This document shows, one piece after another, positions 22,962-42,910 of a DNA stretch of 64,000 bases (its first letter is position 1; each line of letters opens with the position of its first letter). Where the stretch lies: positions 7,750,001-7,814,000 of the forward strand of contig CM035360.1 of NCBI GenBank assembly GCA_020137815.1. Reading direction: 5' to 3'. Below the pieces are notes generated by a model, which saw only the letters and a program-made list of their open reading frames with translations, had not been told where the DNA came from and made no database searches. The position numbers were made by a program, and so were the translations under genes. This stretch comes from Hormiphora californensis (Eukaryota > Animalia > Ctenophora).

Positions 22962-25016
22962 AAGGAACCATAATAAAGTTCAAGAGCCTCCAAGAGCGCA
23001 CCACAATCAAGAGAGACCAAAATCAAGAGCACACCAAGGGCGACATCCCATCTATTATCCTACATGAGGCCAGGGAGCAACTATGCTACCCACTGTGGAT
23101 ACTGTGGAATGCGTCCTTTGATCGTGGATTCATCCCCGATGAGCTGAAGAGGCAACAGATTGCCCCGATTTTCAAGAAGGGGGACAAGAGCCTCCCAGAG
23201 AACTACCGACCAGTAGCACTAACGAGCCACGTTACAAAAACATTCGAACGAGTGGTAAGGCAGCAACTGGCTGATTTTGTGGAAAGGGCAGGGATCATCA
23301 ATGAGGAGCAGCATGGATTCCGGTCAGGGAGGAGCTGTTTGACGCAACTACTCCACCACTACGATGCAATCCTGGAGGATCTGAACAACGGCCACGAAGT
23401 AGATGTGGCCTATATAGATTTCGCTAAAGCGTTTGACAAAGTCGATATACGCATCCTACTGGGCAAGCTACGAAGATATGGTATCCGGGGTAAACTGTTA
23501 AACTGGATCGAGGCTTTCCTAACAGGGAGGTCGCAGACGGTAGTGCTGGAAGGGCATTGTTCCAGACCAGAATACGTTATCAGTAGTGTCATCCAGGGCT
23601 CAGTGCTGGGTCCACTTCTTTTCATAATCTATGTAAGTGACCTGGCGTCTTGTACGATGGGTGGTACCTTAACGTTTGCCGACGACACCAAGAGCCGACA
23701 AGGTATTGAAGAAGCAAAGGACACGATCCTACTCCAAGGAGATCTCGACAGGATAGCGGATTGGTCAGAGAGAAACAACATGCTCTTACACAAGGACAAG
23801 TTCGAGATTCTAAATTACACGCTCAATAAAACAAAATTGTTGAGAGTCCTTCCATTCAATGTAGAATACTACCGATACTACAATTCAGTGGGAGATGAAA
23901 TTAGCCCTGCCTACTGTGTGAAAGATCTTGGCATCCACATGAACAACGACGCATCGTGGACCACACACATTGATGTCATCACCCGTGAAGCCAAAAGACT
24001 AGCTGGATGGGTTCTTGGAGTATTTAGAGACAGGTCTGCACCGACATTGGTCCTCCTACTGAAATCACTCATCAGACCGAAGCTGGAATACTGCTCGCCC
24101 CTGTGGTCGCCATGCAAAGTGGGAGACATCGCAAAGATTGAGAATATCCAACGTTTTTTCACTCGAAGGATTGCCGACTGCAAAGGCAAAAACTACTGGG
24201 AACGATTGGAACATCTGCAGATCCTATCACTACAACGAAGACGAGAACGGTACCCATGATAATTCACATGTGGAAAATCTACCAGGGATTAGCACCGAAC
24301 AGCACAAACATATCGTTCTACGTTCACCAGCGGCACGGCCCAAAGGCAGTTGTCCCCCGTCTCATAACAACGGCCCAAAAATCAGTGCAGACGCTACGAG
24401 ATGCGTCTTTCGGGGTTAGGGCGGCCCAACTCTTCAATAGGATGCCGGACGACGTACGACTGGCACCATCTCTTGACAGCCTGAAAGTTCGACTTGGAGA
24501 CTTCCTCGCTACAGTCCCCGACTTTCCACCTGTCAGAGGCTACACAAGCCCCCGAGATAATTCCCTGGTAGCCCGTCTCACCGAGGGAAAGTAGGTTCAT
24601 TTAGGCCACCTCACTGTTTTGTTCACGCGGAAGTTCTGCTGAGTGCGTTGTATGACTTATGAATTGTACATACTAAAACTTTTTTGTAATCTTGTAATCT
24701 TGTAATCAAGAGAGACCAAAATCAAGAGCACACCACAATCAAGAGAGACCAAATCAAGAGGGCACCACAATCAAGAGAGACCAAATTCAAGAGCGCACCA
24801 CATCTGGTATCTTCTGGATAGGGAGCTCTCTTGGATGAGGTGCGCTCTTGATTTGGTCTCTCTTGATTGTGGTGCGCACTGCGCTCTTGATTTGGTCTCT
24901 CTTGATTGTGGTGTGCTCTTGATTTTGGTCTCTCTTGATTGTGGTGTGCTCTTGATTTTGGTCTTTCTTGATTGTGGTGCGCTCTTGGAGGCTCTTGAAC
25001 TTTATTATGGTTCCTT
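22962..25016. mobile_element. Foldback element with ~33-bp subterminal tandem repeats, interrupted by a LINE
   Basis: TIR aaggaaccataataaagttcaagagcctccaagagcgcaccacaatcaag at 22962, with its reverse complement ending at 25016. Repeats (caccacaatcaagagagacc...) flip orientation at ~24810. Confidence 0.85.
23037..24707 (+). mobile_element. 5'-truncated CR1-group LINE (reverse transcriptase and C-terminal region)
   Basis: PIFKKGDK..PENYRPVALTS, QHGFRSGRSCLTQL, YIDFAKAFDKV, QGSVLGPLLF, FADD, LIRPKLEYCSPLWSP, LSLQRRRERY. Frame change at ~24255; (CTTGTAAT)n tail at 24684-24707. Confidence 0.93.
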
Positions 25017-25030
25017 CTTCTGTCTTCACA

Positions 25031-25298
25031 ATGAGGCCCCTCGGAAATGTTCAAGTCATGCACAATCAAGTCACGCCCACCAATCACAGCGCAGGTGATT
25101 GGTGGGCGTGACTTGTAGTGGAAGCTCTTACGGTATTCCCACGACCGTGGGAAAAGAGAGATAGATAGAAATACTAAGTGAGAGAAATTTCTCTCTCTTA
25201 GTATTTCTATGTATCTTTCTTTTCCCACGGTCGTGGGAATACCGTAAGAGCTTCCACTATTGATTGTGCATGACTTGAACATTTCCGAGGGGCCTCAT
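25031..25298. mobile_element. Near-perfect palindromic MITE with internal hairpins
   Basis: atgaggcccctcggaaatgttcaagtcatgcacaatcaa ... ttgattgtgcatgacttgaacatttccgaggggcctcat; extra stem gtcacgcccaccaatcac/gtgattggtgggcgtgac. Confidence 0.85.
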
Positions 25299-25672
25299 AG
25301 GGATCCCTAAAAAAGTTCAGTCTTTACACAGTCGTTACACCCAGAGCGGCGCGTGCTGCGTTTTGCGGCTTTTTCTAAGAAAATATTGGATTGTGTTCTG
25401 CGCATTTGGGTAAATTGAGCGCTGCGGCGAAAAAAGTTTCTGAAAACGCTGCAAATCGAGTGCGCTCTGGGTGTAACGACTGTGTAAAGTGCGTTTCAAA
25501 CGACTTGACCTGAGATTCCTGGAAATTCAGGATTTCCCCTTTGTAAATACACGCACAATGCGCCAAATTCCAAGAATTACGGGTCAAGTCGCTTGAAACG
25601 GACATTACGGGTCAAGTCGCTTGAAACGGACTTTAATATATAAACGCTGTGTAAATACTGAACTTTTTTAGG
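25298..25672. mobile_element. MITE, TAGGGATCCCT family, right TIR cut short at the SINE
   Basis: Same left TIR and internal sequence as 22485-22830; right end aactttttta|gg abuts the SINE head. Confidence 0.8.
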
Positions 25673-25951
25673 CAGGGTGGTGTAGTGGCTAGTACACTCG
25701 CCTCTCACGCACTAGGTCCCGGGTTCGATCCTGGTCTAGCGCATGTCGTCTAGCCGACCAAGCTATGATTGGTAGGGGCTCTCTTGAGAGACCCGAGAGC
25801 AACACGAGGGCGTATGTTGTGGGGTAGCGCCTGACTACGCTGCAGAGAAATCTGTACCGGAAGGACCGTGGCTGACGCGATTGAAAGGGATATCAGCACC
25901 CCCTGCAATGGATTTATCCTAGCTGGCCTGCTTTGCTTTTTGCTTTGCTTT
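25671..25951 (+). mobile_element. tRNA-derived SINE
   Basis: A-box TGGTGTAGTGG and B-box GGTTCGATCC, but acceptor and anticodon stems pair poorly. ~200 bp non-tRNA body and a (CTTTG)n-like tail. Confidence 0.75.
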
Positions 25952-26287
25952 ATAATCAAAACTGTAATAAATTAAATATAAAAATAGAGTCAGTTACCCA
26001 ACTTGGTATAGCTGCTCGTCCCTGTTGCCTTCGCCCCTCAATCTTCCCCGATGCCCCCTGATGGAGATGGTTATTGATCGCACCATGGCGAAAGAAAGTC
26101 GTAGTCGAAGATAACGGATACATTGGTCATTAAACAGTTTTAAAAGAGATCTGAAGACGCATCTGTTTGGAAAGGCATTTGGGTAGTTTTGGCGTTAGAA
26201 GTCTTCTGTGTGGGTTGTGGTTTGTTTTCTGTCCTGGCGTTTGTGTTAGGCTTTGGTTGCATCGGGGGTTTATAGTGTGGTCTTCCG

Positions 26288-26555
26288 GTGGAGTCTGTGA
26301 AGTGGTGGTGGGGTCTGTGAAGTGGTGGTGGAGTCTGTGAAGTGGTGGTGGTGGTGTCTGTGAAGTGGTGGTGGAGTCTGTGAAGTGGTGGTGGTTGTGT
26401 CTGTGAAGTGGTGATGAGGTCTGTGAAGTGGTGGTGGAGTCTGTGAAGTGGTGGTGAGGTCTGTGAAGTGGTGGTAGAGTCTGTGAAGTGGTGGTGAAGT
26501 ATGTGAAGTGGTGGTGTAGCATGTGATGTGGTGGTAGGGTCTTTGAAGTGGTGCC
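26288..26555. repeat. 21-24 bp minisatellite (gtctgtgaagtggtggtg..)
   Basis: About 11-12 tandem degenerate units. Confidence 0.9.
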
Positions 26556-27934
26556 TCTTTTGGCTTTGAAGTGAGGTTTTGAGGTGATCTGCTGAGTCTC
26601 GGTTTGGAGTTTTAGAATCATCGTGGGAAAGGCTGTGGGAAAGGCTGTGTTGTGGTGAAGTCTCGGATGGGAGGTCTTTCCTTTTACGTCCTACATTCCT
26701 CTACTGTGCTACATTCCTATCATTACTACATTCCTATTTTGACTACATCCCCTATAACTACATCATCATCTGAAGTCCTTTCCTCCAACATATGAGTAGA
26801 GTAGGGGTCTGATATCATGTCAAGAGTGTCGAGTTTTTTTGAGTATATTTTCTGGTTGTATTGTGACAGTGTGTGTTGAGTTTCTTTCCTTTCTGGCTAG
26901 AGTAGAGTCATAGGTTCTTTGAGCGAGCGAGTGAGCCAGCCTGAACAATGTTCAGTGAACATCACGGAGGGTATTACGTTCTCGAAGACATCAAGACGAT
27001 AAACATACATGGACTTTATACGAGTGTGTTTGGAGAATAGACTCTAGAGTTTCTAAGTTGGGCAGCTCTTAATTGTATATCTTCTCTATCCTAGTTACCT
27101 TAAAATTACTTTAATTTAGAACCTAAATACTTACGTCTAGTACAGTTATCTATCTTACAGCTTACTATAATTAGCTTAACGTTTTTATCGTACATTAAAT
27201 TTTAAACCCAACCGCATTAATTAACTTATTCTGACTGGCCATTGCACTGGTCTCCTGCCTTTTTATTTTTACCGCTCCAATTAATTAATTTATTAACAGC
27301 TTTGTATTTAACCTATCTGACTGACCTCTGGTCTCTTGCTTTTTATTTTTCTATCTCGTTATTCATTAATTTATTACCAGCTTCTTTAGAATTTTCCATA
27401 GGCCATTTATTAGATCATAACCTTATATAGCAATTAATATGGTTAGTGTGTATTACCTTATCGGTTATCCTGTTACAGTTACTTTATCCATTAACTAATT
27501 ACTTAGCCATTCGCCTCCTTTTTAGATTACTAGCCTTTTACTTGAATTAATTATTAAACTATACTACTTACTTAGTATTTACACTATGTACTTATTAATC
27601 AACAGTTAATTATCTAACTAGTTATTATCTAACTAGTTAATTTCTCAATTATCTAACTACTTAATCACTCAACGAATTAATTACGCTATTTCTTAATTAG
27701 ATATTTTATAACCCTTATTTTCTACATACATTTATATATATATATATTATATCGAATGACTGCCGACGGTTTTTTAAGGCCTTTAGGATCTTATAATCCT
27801 ATAAGAGCCGCTTTAGAAGGCTTGTTAGTGGTGGGTGCGTTGCTTCAATCGACTGATTGAAACGGCGTCCTCCTAGCACTAACAATGCATAGGCCCAAAA
27901 GCGGGATATAAATTATAATTGTATTTGTATTTGT

Positions 27935-28420
27935 ATAGGAGTATCCCGTTTTCTTAGCTTTCTTGTCGGCGAGCTGTTTCAGTGTCTTTTTAAATTCTCG
28001 GCCGAGGCCCCTCGTTGTGGACATCACCAAAGGTGTAAATGATGATTTTTCCACCTCAATGACCCGATGAAGGTAGCCAGTCTTTTTCTCCCTTTCGTGT
28101 TTTTCGTACACTTTAGAGATTGACTGGTTAGAGTTAGACGCCACCCTAGGATTAAAAATCCTCACATCGAAATAGGTGTTATCCATGATACTAGACCAGA
28201 AATCACGTGTACTGATATCTAGGCGAGCACCATCCGCCAAAATTGTTCCTTCTGGCAGACTCGTTCCTCGTACATTTAACAGATGAGGTTCAACTTTCGT
28301 ATCATGACATACATTACTGAATTCACTTGCGATGAAGTCTCTCACTTTGTTGTGGCGAAAGCAAACAAAACCGCCAATTTTACATGAAATTACATTTGTA
28401 ACTGAATAAAGCTTGCGCAT
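27935..28420 (-). mobile_element. Fragment of an RLE-type (CRE-like) non-LTR retrotransposon: Zn-knuckle remnant and restriction-like endonuclease
   Basis: CKIGG....RHNKVRD, VEPHL, ARLDI...FW....YFDVRIFNP, HEREKK..Y..RVIEVE..SFTPLVMSTT.GLG. No RT domain nearby. Confidence 0.75.
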
Positions 28421-28482
28421 TACATAAACTGCGATGCTTACTTATCTTTTTTCATGCGCGAAAAGGCCTCGCATTTTTTTAC

Positions 28483-28732
28483 GGCCAGCGTTAAAACTTA
28501 AAATATGGATTGCGTTGCCAGCAGCGTTTGCCAAAAGTGGGGTTAATGTTCCAGGTTCGGGCTGGGGTTTGGGTTGGGGTTAGGCCTTAATATTTCCTAC
28601 CAGATAAACTTTGAATTAGCCAAAATGGTTGAGTGGTTTAGCGGTTGAGCCATTTTAGTGTATCAACTTTTTGGCGGTGTGCACTGTGCACCTGTAAACA
28701 GGCCACCAAACACCCAGATCGTAACGGCGCCT
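28483..28732. mobile_element. Repeat family with TTAGGG-like tract and ...CAGATCGTAACGGCGCC terminus
   Basis: Homologous to 53658-53889, inverted relative to 28761-28818 plus 30192-30355, and a terminus fragment at ~22430-22482. Confidence 0.75.
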
Positions 28733-28818
28733 ATTTTTTACAGGGTAATTTATATAGTAAGGGCGCCGTTAGGGGCTAAACGTGTTACGATCTGGGTGTT
28801 TAGAGGCCTGTTTACAGA

Positions 28819-30192
28819 ATGCCAAAAATCGTACGACGATGTACAACTCTAGAAAGGTAAAAGATCGAACTGGGAAATATGCTTGAAACCATTCCTGACT
28901 AACCTCTTGTAAAAGGTTACTCCAGTCTTCGTAACCGGTAACAACTCGCTCGTCGCTCTGCTAAAAGAAGGCATATACCGCGTGGCCCAAATTAAAGGGA
29001 GGGTACGTTGGTCTTCTTTTCACCCAGAAGTTTAATTTCAATCACTCTGATATTTTGACACAATGTCTGCATGGGTACTCATTCGAGGAATCCGAAGTTT
29101 CAAATCATAAAAGTTGAAAGTTCATTAATGAACTCAATTTTTCGTTTTTCGGGTTTTTTGAGGTTTTCTCTTGATTAAATTCGATTTTATTATTTTAAAA
29201 ACCGCCATACAATAGAGCAAGTATCAACAAATGGCAATCTGCATTTTTATTAAAATTGAATCAAGTTTAGTGGGTGAAATAAGTTATTTAAAGATAATAC
29301 TTTTTACCAAACATCGATTTTGACCTGTTTTGACCAGAAATCGGTAAATTCAGGCGCTAAAAATCTGTACGGCCACTACACTTGATCAACTTTGATGTAA
29401 GCTGGAATTTAAGCTCTCTATCTTAAAATTCATTTTTCCGACTGGAATGAATCCTGAATGAACTTGAAAACAGGAATGCTTTTTGGAACCGGAATTTCAC
29501 AGTCGCCTTCGGGTATCGATTTCCTTTCAAACGCGACTAATTTGAGCTCAATTGGACCACCACAAGAGACACAGTGTCTAGTTATCTAACCCTAGGTTTG
29601 GTCATCTGACACCTAATGAGACGATAGCGTCATTACTAAGTGCCAATAAGCAGGTGTAACGGTCGAGTATCACGTATCACGTCTGCTAATGAGGATGGTG
29701 TACCGATACAGCATCCGTTAAAATGTAAGCTCTCTTGCTAACACGTCATAATTTGATGGGGATCACATGACTTAGCCCTAGGCTTAGAAAACGGATCACT
29801 GTGATTCTTGTGGTGATCCAATTAAGCTCAAACTGGTCCCATTCGAAAGGAAATCGATAGCCAAACAAATTTGTGAAACTTTGGTACCGAAATATGGTCC
29901 CATATTGGTGTTCATTCAATGTTCATTCGGTCGAAAAAAATGAACTTTTATCCAGAGGGCTGAAACTTCGGATTCCTCGAATGAGTAACCATGCAGACAT
30001 TGTGTCAAAATATCAGAGTGATTGAAATTAAACTTCTGGGTGAAAAGAAGGCCAACGTACCCTCCCTTTAATTTGGGCCACGCGGTAGCAAAGCTCACTT
30101 CACAACCACTTCACACGGATACATTAGTTGAGTGCGTAGTATATTCTTTTGTTATGTATACCGAAACTAATTTGTAAATCTTGTAAATCTTG
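28819..30192 (+). mobile_element. 3' stub of a CR1-like LINE, split by a TA-flanked element
   Basis: Degenerate MPKIVRRCTTL...LETIPD.PLVKGY...NNSLVALL matches the C-terminus of the 23-24 kb LINE; (CTTGTAAAT)n tail at ~30172-30192. Confidence 0.7.
28978..30085. mobile_element. Non-autonomous TA-flanked (Tc1/mariner-like) element with ~125 bp TIRs and an older degenerate inner inverted repeat
   Basis: TA|CCGCGTGGCCCAAATTAAAGGGAGGGTACG... and its reverse complement ending ...GGGCCACGCGG|TA. Inner IR ~29420-29595 versus ~29775-29950. Confidence 0.88.
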
Positions 30193-30366
30193 TGCGTGCT
30201 GCCAAAAAAGTACCCTGCACTAAAAGGGCTCTAACCGCCAAACCACTCAACCGTTTTGGCTAAACCAAAGTTTATCTGATAGGAAATGTCAAGCCCTAAT
30301 CCCAACCCAAACCCCAGTCCTAACCCTAACCCTACTTTACCCTTAACCCTAAAAACTCTCTCCCTC

Positions 30367-30439
<73 letters not shown>

Positions 30440-30472
30440 ATCTCTATCTCTAAATTTTATGGACTCTCTAGC

Positions 30473-32067
30473 ATGAACCACAAGGATGATACTGTCGAAG
30501 AATCTTCAAGAAAAAGACAAAAAATTGGTAAAAACGAACCTCTCTCCGATAAGGTGAATATTGTTTATCGAGTTGTTATATACTACCCACTGAAAGAATC
30601 TTTATATAACTCTCCTTTTTCTAGGACTGGTTCAGTACTCTACCCTTAGAGATTATCATTGTGATACTTCCCCAACTTGAAGAAACTGATGTAAAACAGC
30701 TAGCTAGTGTGTCTGTGAAGTGGCGAAATAACGTTTTTAATGGTAAAATAAAAAGAGATATCATTGACATTCTGTAAGAATGATAAATTTAGTTATTTCT
30801 TCCTTATTTTGTCATATTTGCTGCTATAATTATAATAATATAATAGATAACATTCAAAGTAACTTTGTTTCAGCCGATAAGCACTGGGAAAGTCTACTTT
30901 GTACACACTACAATCGAGATCCGGACAGCACTGAGCCACCAAGATCAGGCTCCTTCCGGGAAGACTACAAAATATGCAAGAAGTATGAAGAGAAACCAGC
31001 GAACTGGGATGTTTGTAAAGACCTCAACACAGCCATCGCAGTTCAGGAATGTGGCTGGTGTGAGTTCTCCCCCAGTGGACGGTATATTGTGGCTATTTTT
31101 GGACCAAGCAGACGTTGTCAGTACAGCCTTCACGTTGCAGATGTTAATGATCCAAGAAACTTGGAAGAAAAAACGATACACCTTTGGACATTTTGAGTTT
31201 GATGATCCTAAAACCCGGAATATGAGCTACTGGGAGAATTTATTTAGTCCCAATGAAGAATTCATGATAGTGATGAGTAACCAGGCTGGTATGAGTAACT
31301 CTGACAAGCATAGGCGTATAACGGTCCACGAAGCACCGGATTTTCTCATAACACGGTCCATTACAATTCTGGGCAGTCCGCTAAACAATAATCCAGTGTG
31401 GCTAGGAGATTACACTCTGCTGATGGTGCAAGGTATCACTATCAACATTCTCTCTATCATATCCGGAGATAAAGTAGCTCTCGGCCGAAAAAGAAAAGAA
31501 AATAAGTGCGACATTTATGAAGTTGCATGTGACCGTGATTCTGGAAAAAAGTCACTGATTAGCTATGATGGTGAGTCTAAAAAGCTTCGTAAACAGGCGA
31601 TTAATTGCAAAGGGGGGTCCTACAATGTCGGGGATGTTAAGAAATCTTTTACAATGGATGGAAAGCCAGTCGAGGTTGAACTGGACAATAATGATCGATT
31701 TGAAATATATACCCATATCGACAACAGGATATTTCTGACGACTTATAACGGCAAGGTTTTAGAGTTTGACCTATCCCTTACACTGCTACGGAAAGTAGTA
31801 CTCAAAGACATGATACCAGCTTGTCGGGACAAGTATTCCACATACAGAGTCAGAGCGAAGGCAGAAGGTTTTTTACTAATTGAGGGTCAAGGATTGGCTA
31901 CTGCATGGGACCCCGTATCAGGTCTTCTGATCAAGGCTCACACTGAAGGAGTAAAGGACTATGGACATGCGGGTAATGATACATGGACATTTGTATGGAA
32001 GAAGGGTGCCAGACCAGCTCTAGTGTTGGTTGATGATGTAGCTGAACCTAGAATCAAGTGGTTTTAG
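30473..32067 (+). CDS. F-box protein with probable beta-propeller C-terminus; 3 exons, one +1 frameshift
   Basis: Exon 1 30473-30553 (basic NLS-like RKRQK). Exon 2 30625-30742 DWFSTLPLEIIIVILPQLEETDVKQLASVSVKWR is an F-box. Exon 3 from 30874 has FSPSGRYIVA and FSPNEEFMIV; frame changes near 31165-31195. Confidence 0.85.
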
Positions 32068-32310
32068 TTTTTATCGTGGATATGGGATGGAGATTTGGGA
32101 GACCGACGACCGTACATTTTAATATTTTACAACAGTTTTTAAATTAATTATCACCAATCAACTTGCCAGTATTTTTATTCTTTTTAAATTTTTATTAGCA
32201 TGCAATGTAATCAATAAAATTATTTTCAATTCCTTGTGTTTTTATCAAACATCATAAGACACTCATCAACTCCTCCTGTTTCTATTTTATGTTTAACACA
32301 CAGCACAAGG

Positions 32311-39295
<6,985 letters not shown>

Positions 39296-39917
39296 ACATA
39301 ATGTTTTAAAAGGGTCCTTTGTCTGTGACTGGAACTACTGGGCCCCAACTACTGACTTTGTGTGTCTGTCTATGGATATGTTACTGTTTGTGTGTGTGAC
39401 TTTTGAACACTTGATTCATAAAGTGAGGGACTTAAGTTTTGGAAAATCCCGGTGATTCAACAAAATTATGTTTGTTATGTTTGGCAATTTAACCCCTTTT
39501 TCGATGTGAGAAAACATACTTATTTTACAAGTTTCGGATAAAATGCGGCAAGTGATACAGTCACGTAGACTATGTGACTGTATCACCGGTCCGGTGGGGG
39601 TCCGGTCTGGTTCGGAAAGGATAGTCTTTGTGAGACAAGGCAAGATTGTGGATCAACTACTTTCAGGTGTTGTGATGTACATTCCACAGGGAACGAATAT
39701 GGGATGTGTGACGTGCAGTTGTCGAGCCTAAGTTAAAACAAGAAATCAACTGAGAAGTTGGTATTGGTAATACTGCTAGGGGTGTGACTGAGAAGTTTCA
39801 CATAACATGTCAATATGTCTTAATGGAACTGGAAGATTTCGGGAATAGGTAATAACATTTTCCTTTAGAACTGGCCCCTCTTATAGTTCCAATCATTCGC
39901 ATATATCTGATCTCTCT

Positions 39918-40024
<107 letters not shown>

Positions 40025-40499
40025 CCTCCTGTCCGGTGCAGAGCGGGCACAGGTTGCTAGTCCTTAAAATTAGAACATGGTCTCGTTTGTAGGGTAATTA
40101 GCCTCTCCTTCCCAATCCTTAGCCAGGCCAATGCCCTGTCCATGACTGTGAGCTCCTTAGCTCCATCTCTCTCTAGCGGGGCACGTGACTTATGACAGAG
40201 AGGCCACGTGACTGAGGGACACACACAACACTAAGACAAAGGCAATCACGTTGCCCACCTGACAATGCGACAAATGACAAACTCTTCCCGGGGACAATGA
40301 TCTGCGTGTACTCTGTGAGAGAGGGAGGGAGAGAGAGAGGGAGAGAGAGAAAGGATAAGCTAGCTGATAATAATACAACTCAACTGGCTGTAGCTCTCAC
40401 TCATTGTCTTTCCTATCCTGTCTTTTGTTGTGTGACTCTCGTTCTTCTAGACATATCACCACACTACCTGTAATACATCACATTACAGCCGTGAAAGAC

Positions 40500-42841
40500 A
40501 TGACTGATCATGACATTGAATCAAGTAGGTTTTTAATTTTTAGCGGGTTAGCTAGGGTTTAGCATTTTATAGAGTTCTTCATGTCAAAATGAGCACTCAG
40601 CAAACACGAAGATTTCTTCCTATTTATTGCATTGATCAGGGATGTCAAAAGTTAAACTTAGCTTCATTTTGTTTTCTATCATTATCTACTTCTTCCGCAA
40701 CGATTTCTCAAAATAATTCATTGAGCATTCATAGGGAGAAGTGTGCTACATAATATCAACTCTCTCTCTCTCTCTCTCTCTCTCTAATCCCTTCTCTCAT
40801 GATAGGTAGTAAGCGAAGAAGGATTGAGGCTGAGAGGGTGGTTGATGTACTTACAAATGGAACAGAGCAACTAATTAACCGGAGTAACTTACAGACTAAC
40901 AATGGTAAGTTGCTGAATATATTGATATCTGAAGCATACTTGTACTTGAACCGGGGTCTCCTCAGTCGATAGAGTGGCCTGCGTCGGAATATTTCGATCT
41001 TCTTGAAAATCGGCGCCACTCGCCACGATCTTGTGCTTTCCCCATCAAGTCCTCTTTATGGTATCATCGACCGTGACTACTGAAAGAGCACATGCATCGT
41101 CGCGGACACACTGCAGCCAGGTCATCCTAGGTCGTCCTCTAGATCTCTGCCGGGGTACCCAGTTCATGAAGATCTTCGGGATCCGATGTTCTGGCATCCT
41201 GGACACATGACCAAACCACTGTAGCTGGTTCGAAGAAATGTATCCCTGCACTGTACTGATTCCTGCTCTCTTGAAGACCTTAAGATTGCTCGCTTTGTTG
41301 TACCATCTAATTTTAAGGATATGGCGGAGACAGGTCTGGTGGAAATCCTCTAAAAGGTGCATCTGTGCCTTGGTAGTGTTCCAGGTCTCACTCCCATACA
41401 GCAGGATGGTCAGGATCGCAGCCTCGTAGATACGAATTTTAGTCCGCTCCAGGATACTACGATTGTTCCAGACCTTCCCGATCCAGATCTGAAGCATATC
41501 GATTGTTATCCCTCTCTAGTACACCATACTGGTCATCCGAAACATTGGTTCAGCTCCAACATCATCCAGGAACTCAGAACAACCTTGTCAAAGGTAATCA
41601 AAGGTAAACTCTCTCTCTCTCTCTCTTTCTCTATTTATCTTTCTCTCTCTCCTAATTACACGGGGTTATTGGATCAGTTCTATACTTAATGGTTTTGTCT
41701 GGAACAACGAATGCCCTGAAATTTGCTACAACTATAGGTTTTACAAGAAAGTCTACAGCTCAATGGTCTTACTACTTTTTTAAGACCTGAGATCTGAGGT
41801 CCTGCAATCGCTATTGACATTAATACCAGGCAGCAGCCCCTCCCCTCCCCTTAGTAGTAGTAGCCCATAGAGCAAGTTCCTGACTTCTCACTAACATTTT
41901 ATTTTTTATTATTTCCCTCTAACTCAGACACCACTTCCCCAGAGAATAGTCCCAAAAGCAAGTTCCTGCCCTTTATGGAACAGAATAACAGAACTGAACA
42001 GATAGCACTGCTGACTGCACTGTCCCAGGTTGTGGCATGCACCCAGGACGCAGTCAAGATACTCAAGGAGAGCCAGGTATATTATCCTATCCTCTTTTTG
42101 GGTTGGCTCCAAAATATTAAGTTTGCTAGAATCTTTCCAGCTCAATTCCGAAAGCGAAGATTCTTAAATTTTTTGGAAGAGTGCTATGTCAGATTACCTA
42201 ACTTGTACACCAGCCTGCATCCACTTGTTCCCCTCAGGAACAGTCCCTAGATCTGGAACACAAGAGGTTTAGATTCCAGCTGGAGGCGGAGGAGAAGAGG
42301 TTGATGATGGAGAGTGAACACTACAGAAAAATGGAAACCATGTTCTCTGGACTAATACAGGTACCAAGTCACACTGAAATTTTACAGGAAACTGTTCCCG
42401 ATCTGGGACTTTATTACCATCATTTTCCGGGCGTCAAGTCATACTATTTAACCAATCCTCCCTAGCTCCGAGCCCCAAGGGTACCCCACTTATTAACATA
42501 CGTGGTTTGCCTTATCGTTAGTCATCTTGTTATATCCACAAAGATCTCTCCATGCTTCTTTTCTCCATTTATAGCTCAAAAGTTCTCCCCCGTCCACTTC
42601 CCTTCTCTTTAGTCGTCGGGATAGTAGAATATACCCACATTTTCTCTCTCTTTTTCTCTCCTTTTCTCTCATTCTCTCTCTCCATATGTATCTCCCTCAC
42701 GGCTCACACCATAAGTACAGTTGTTGGGTGTTTAGCCAGGAACCATTGACCACTATTAACCACATAGTAAGGGAGCGACTATTGAGAGAGAGAGAGAAAG
42801 CGAGAGAAAGAGAGAGAGAGGGAGAGAGAGAAAGAGAGAGA

Positions 42842-42910
<69 letters not shown>

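Noticed and set aside
25671-25743. Functional tRNA gene (CTC in the anticodon position)
   Set aside because: Acceptor and anticodon stems do not pair, there is no oligo-T terminator, and it continues into a body with a simple-repeat tail, so it is a SINE head.
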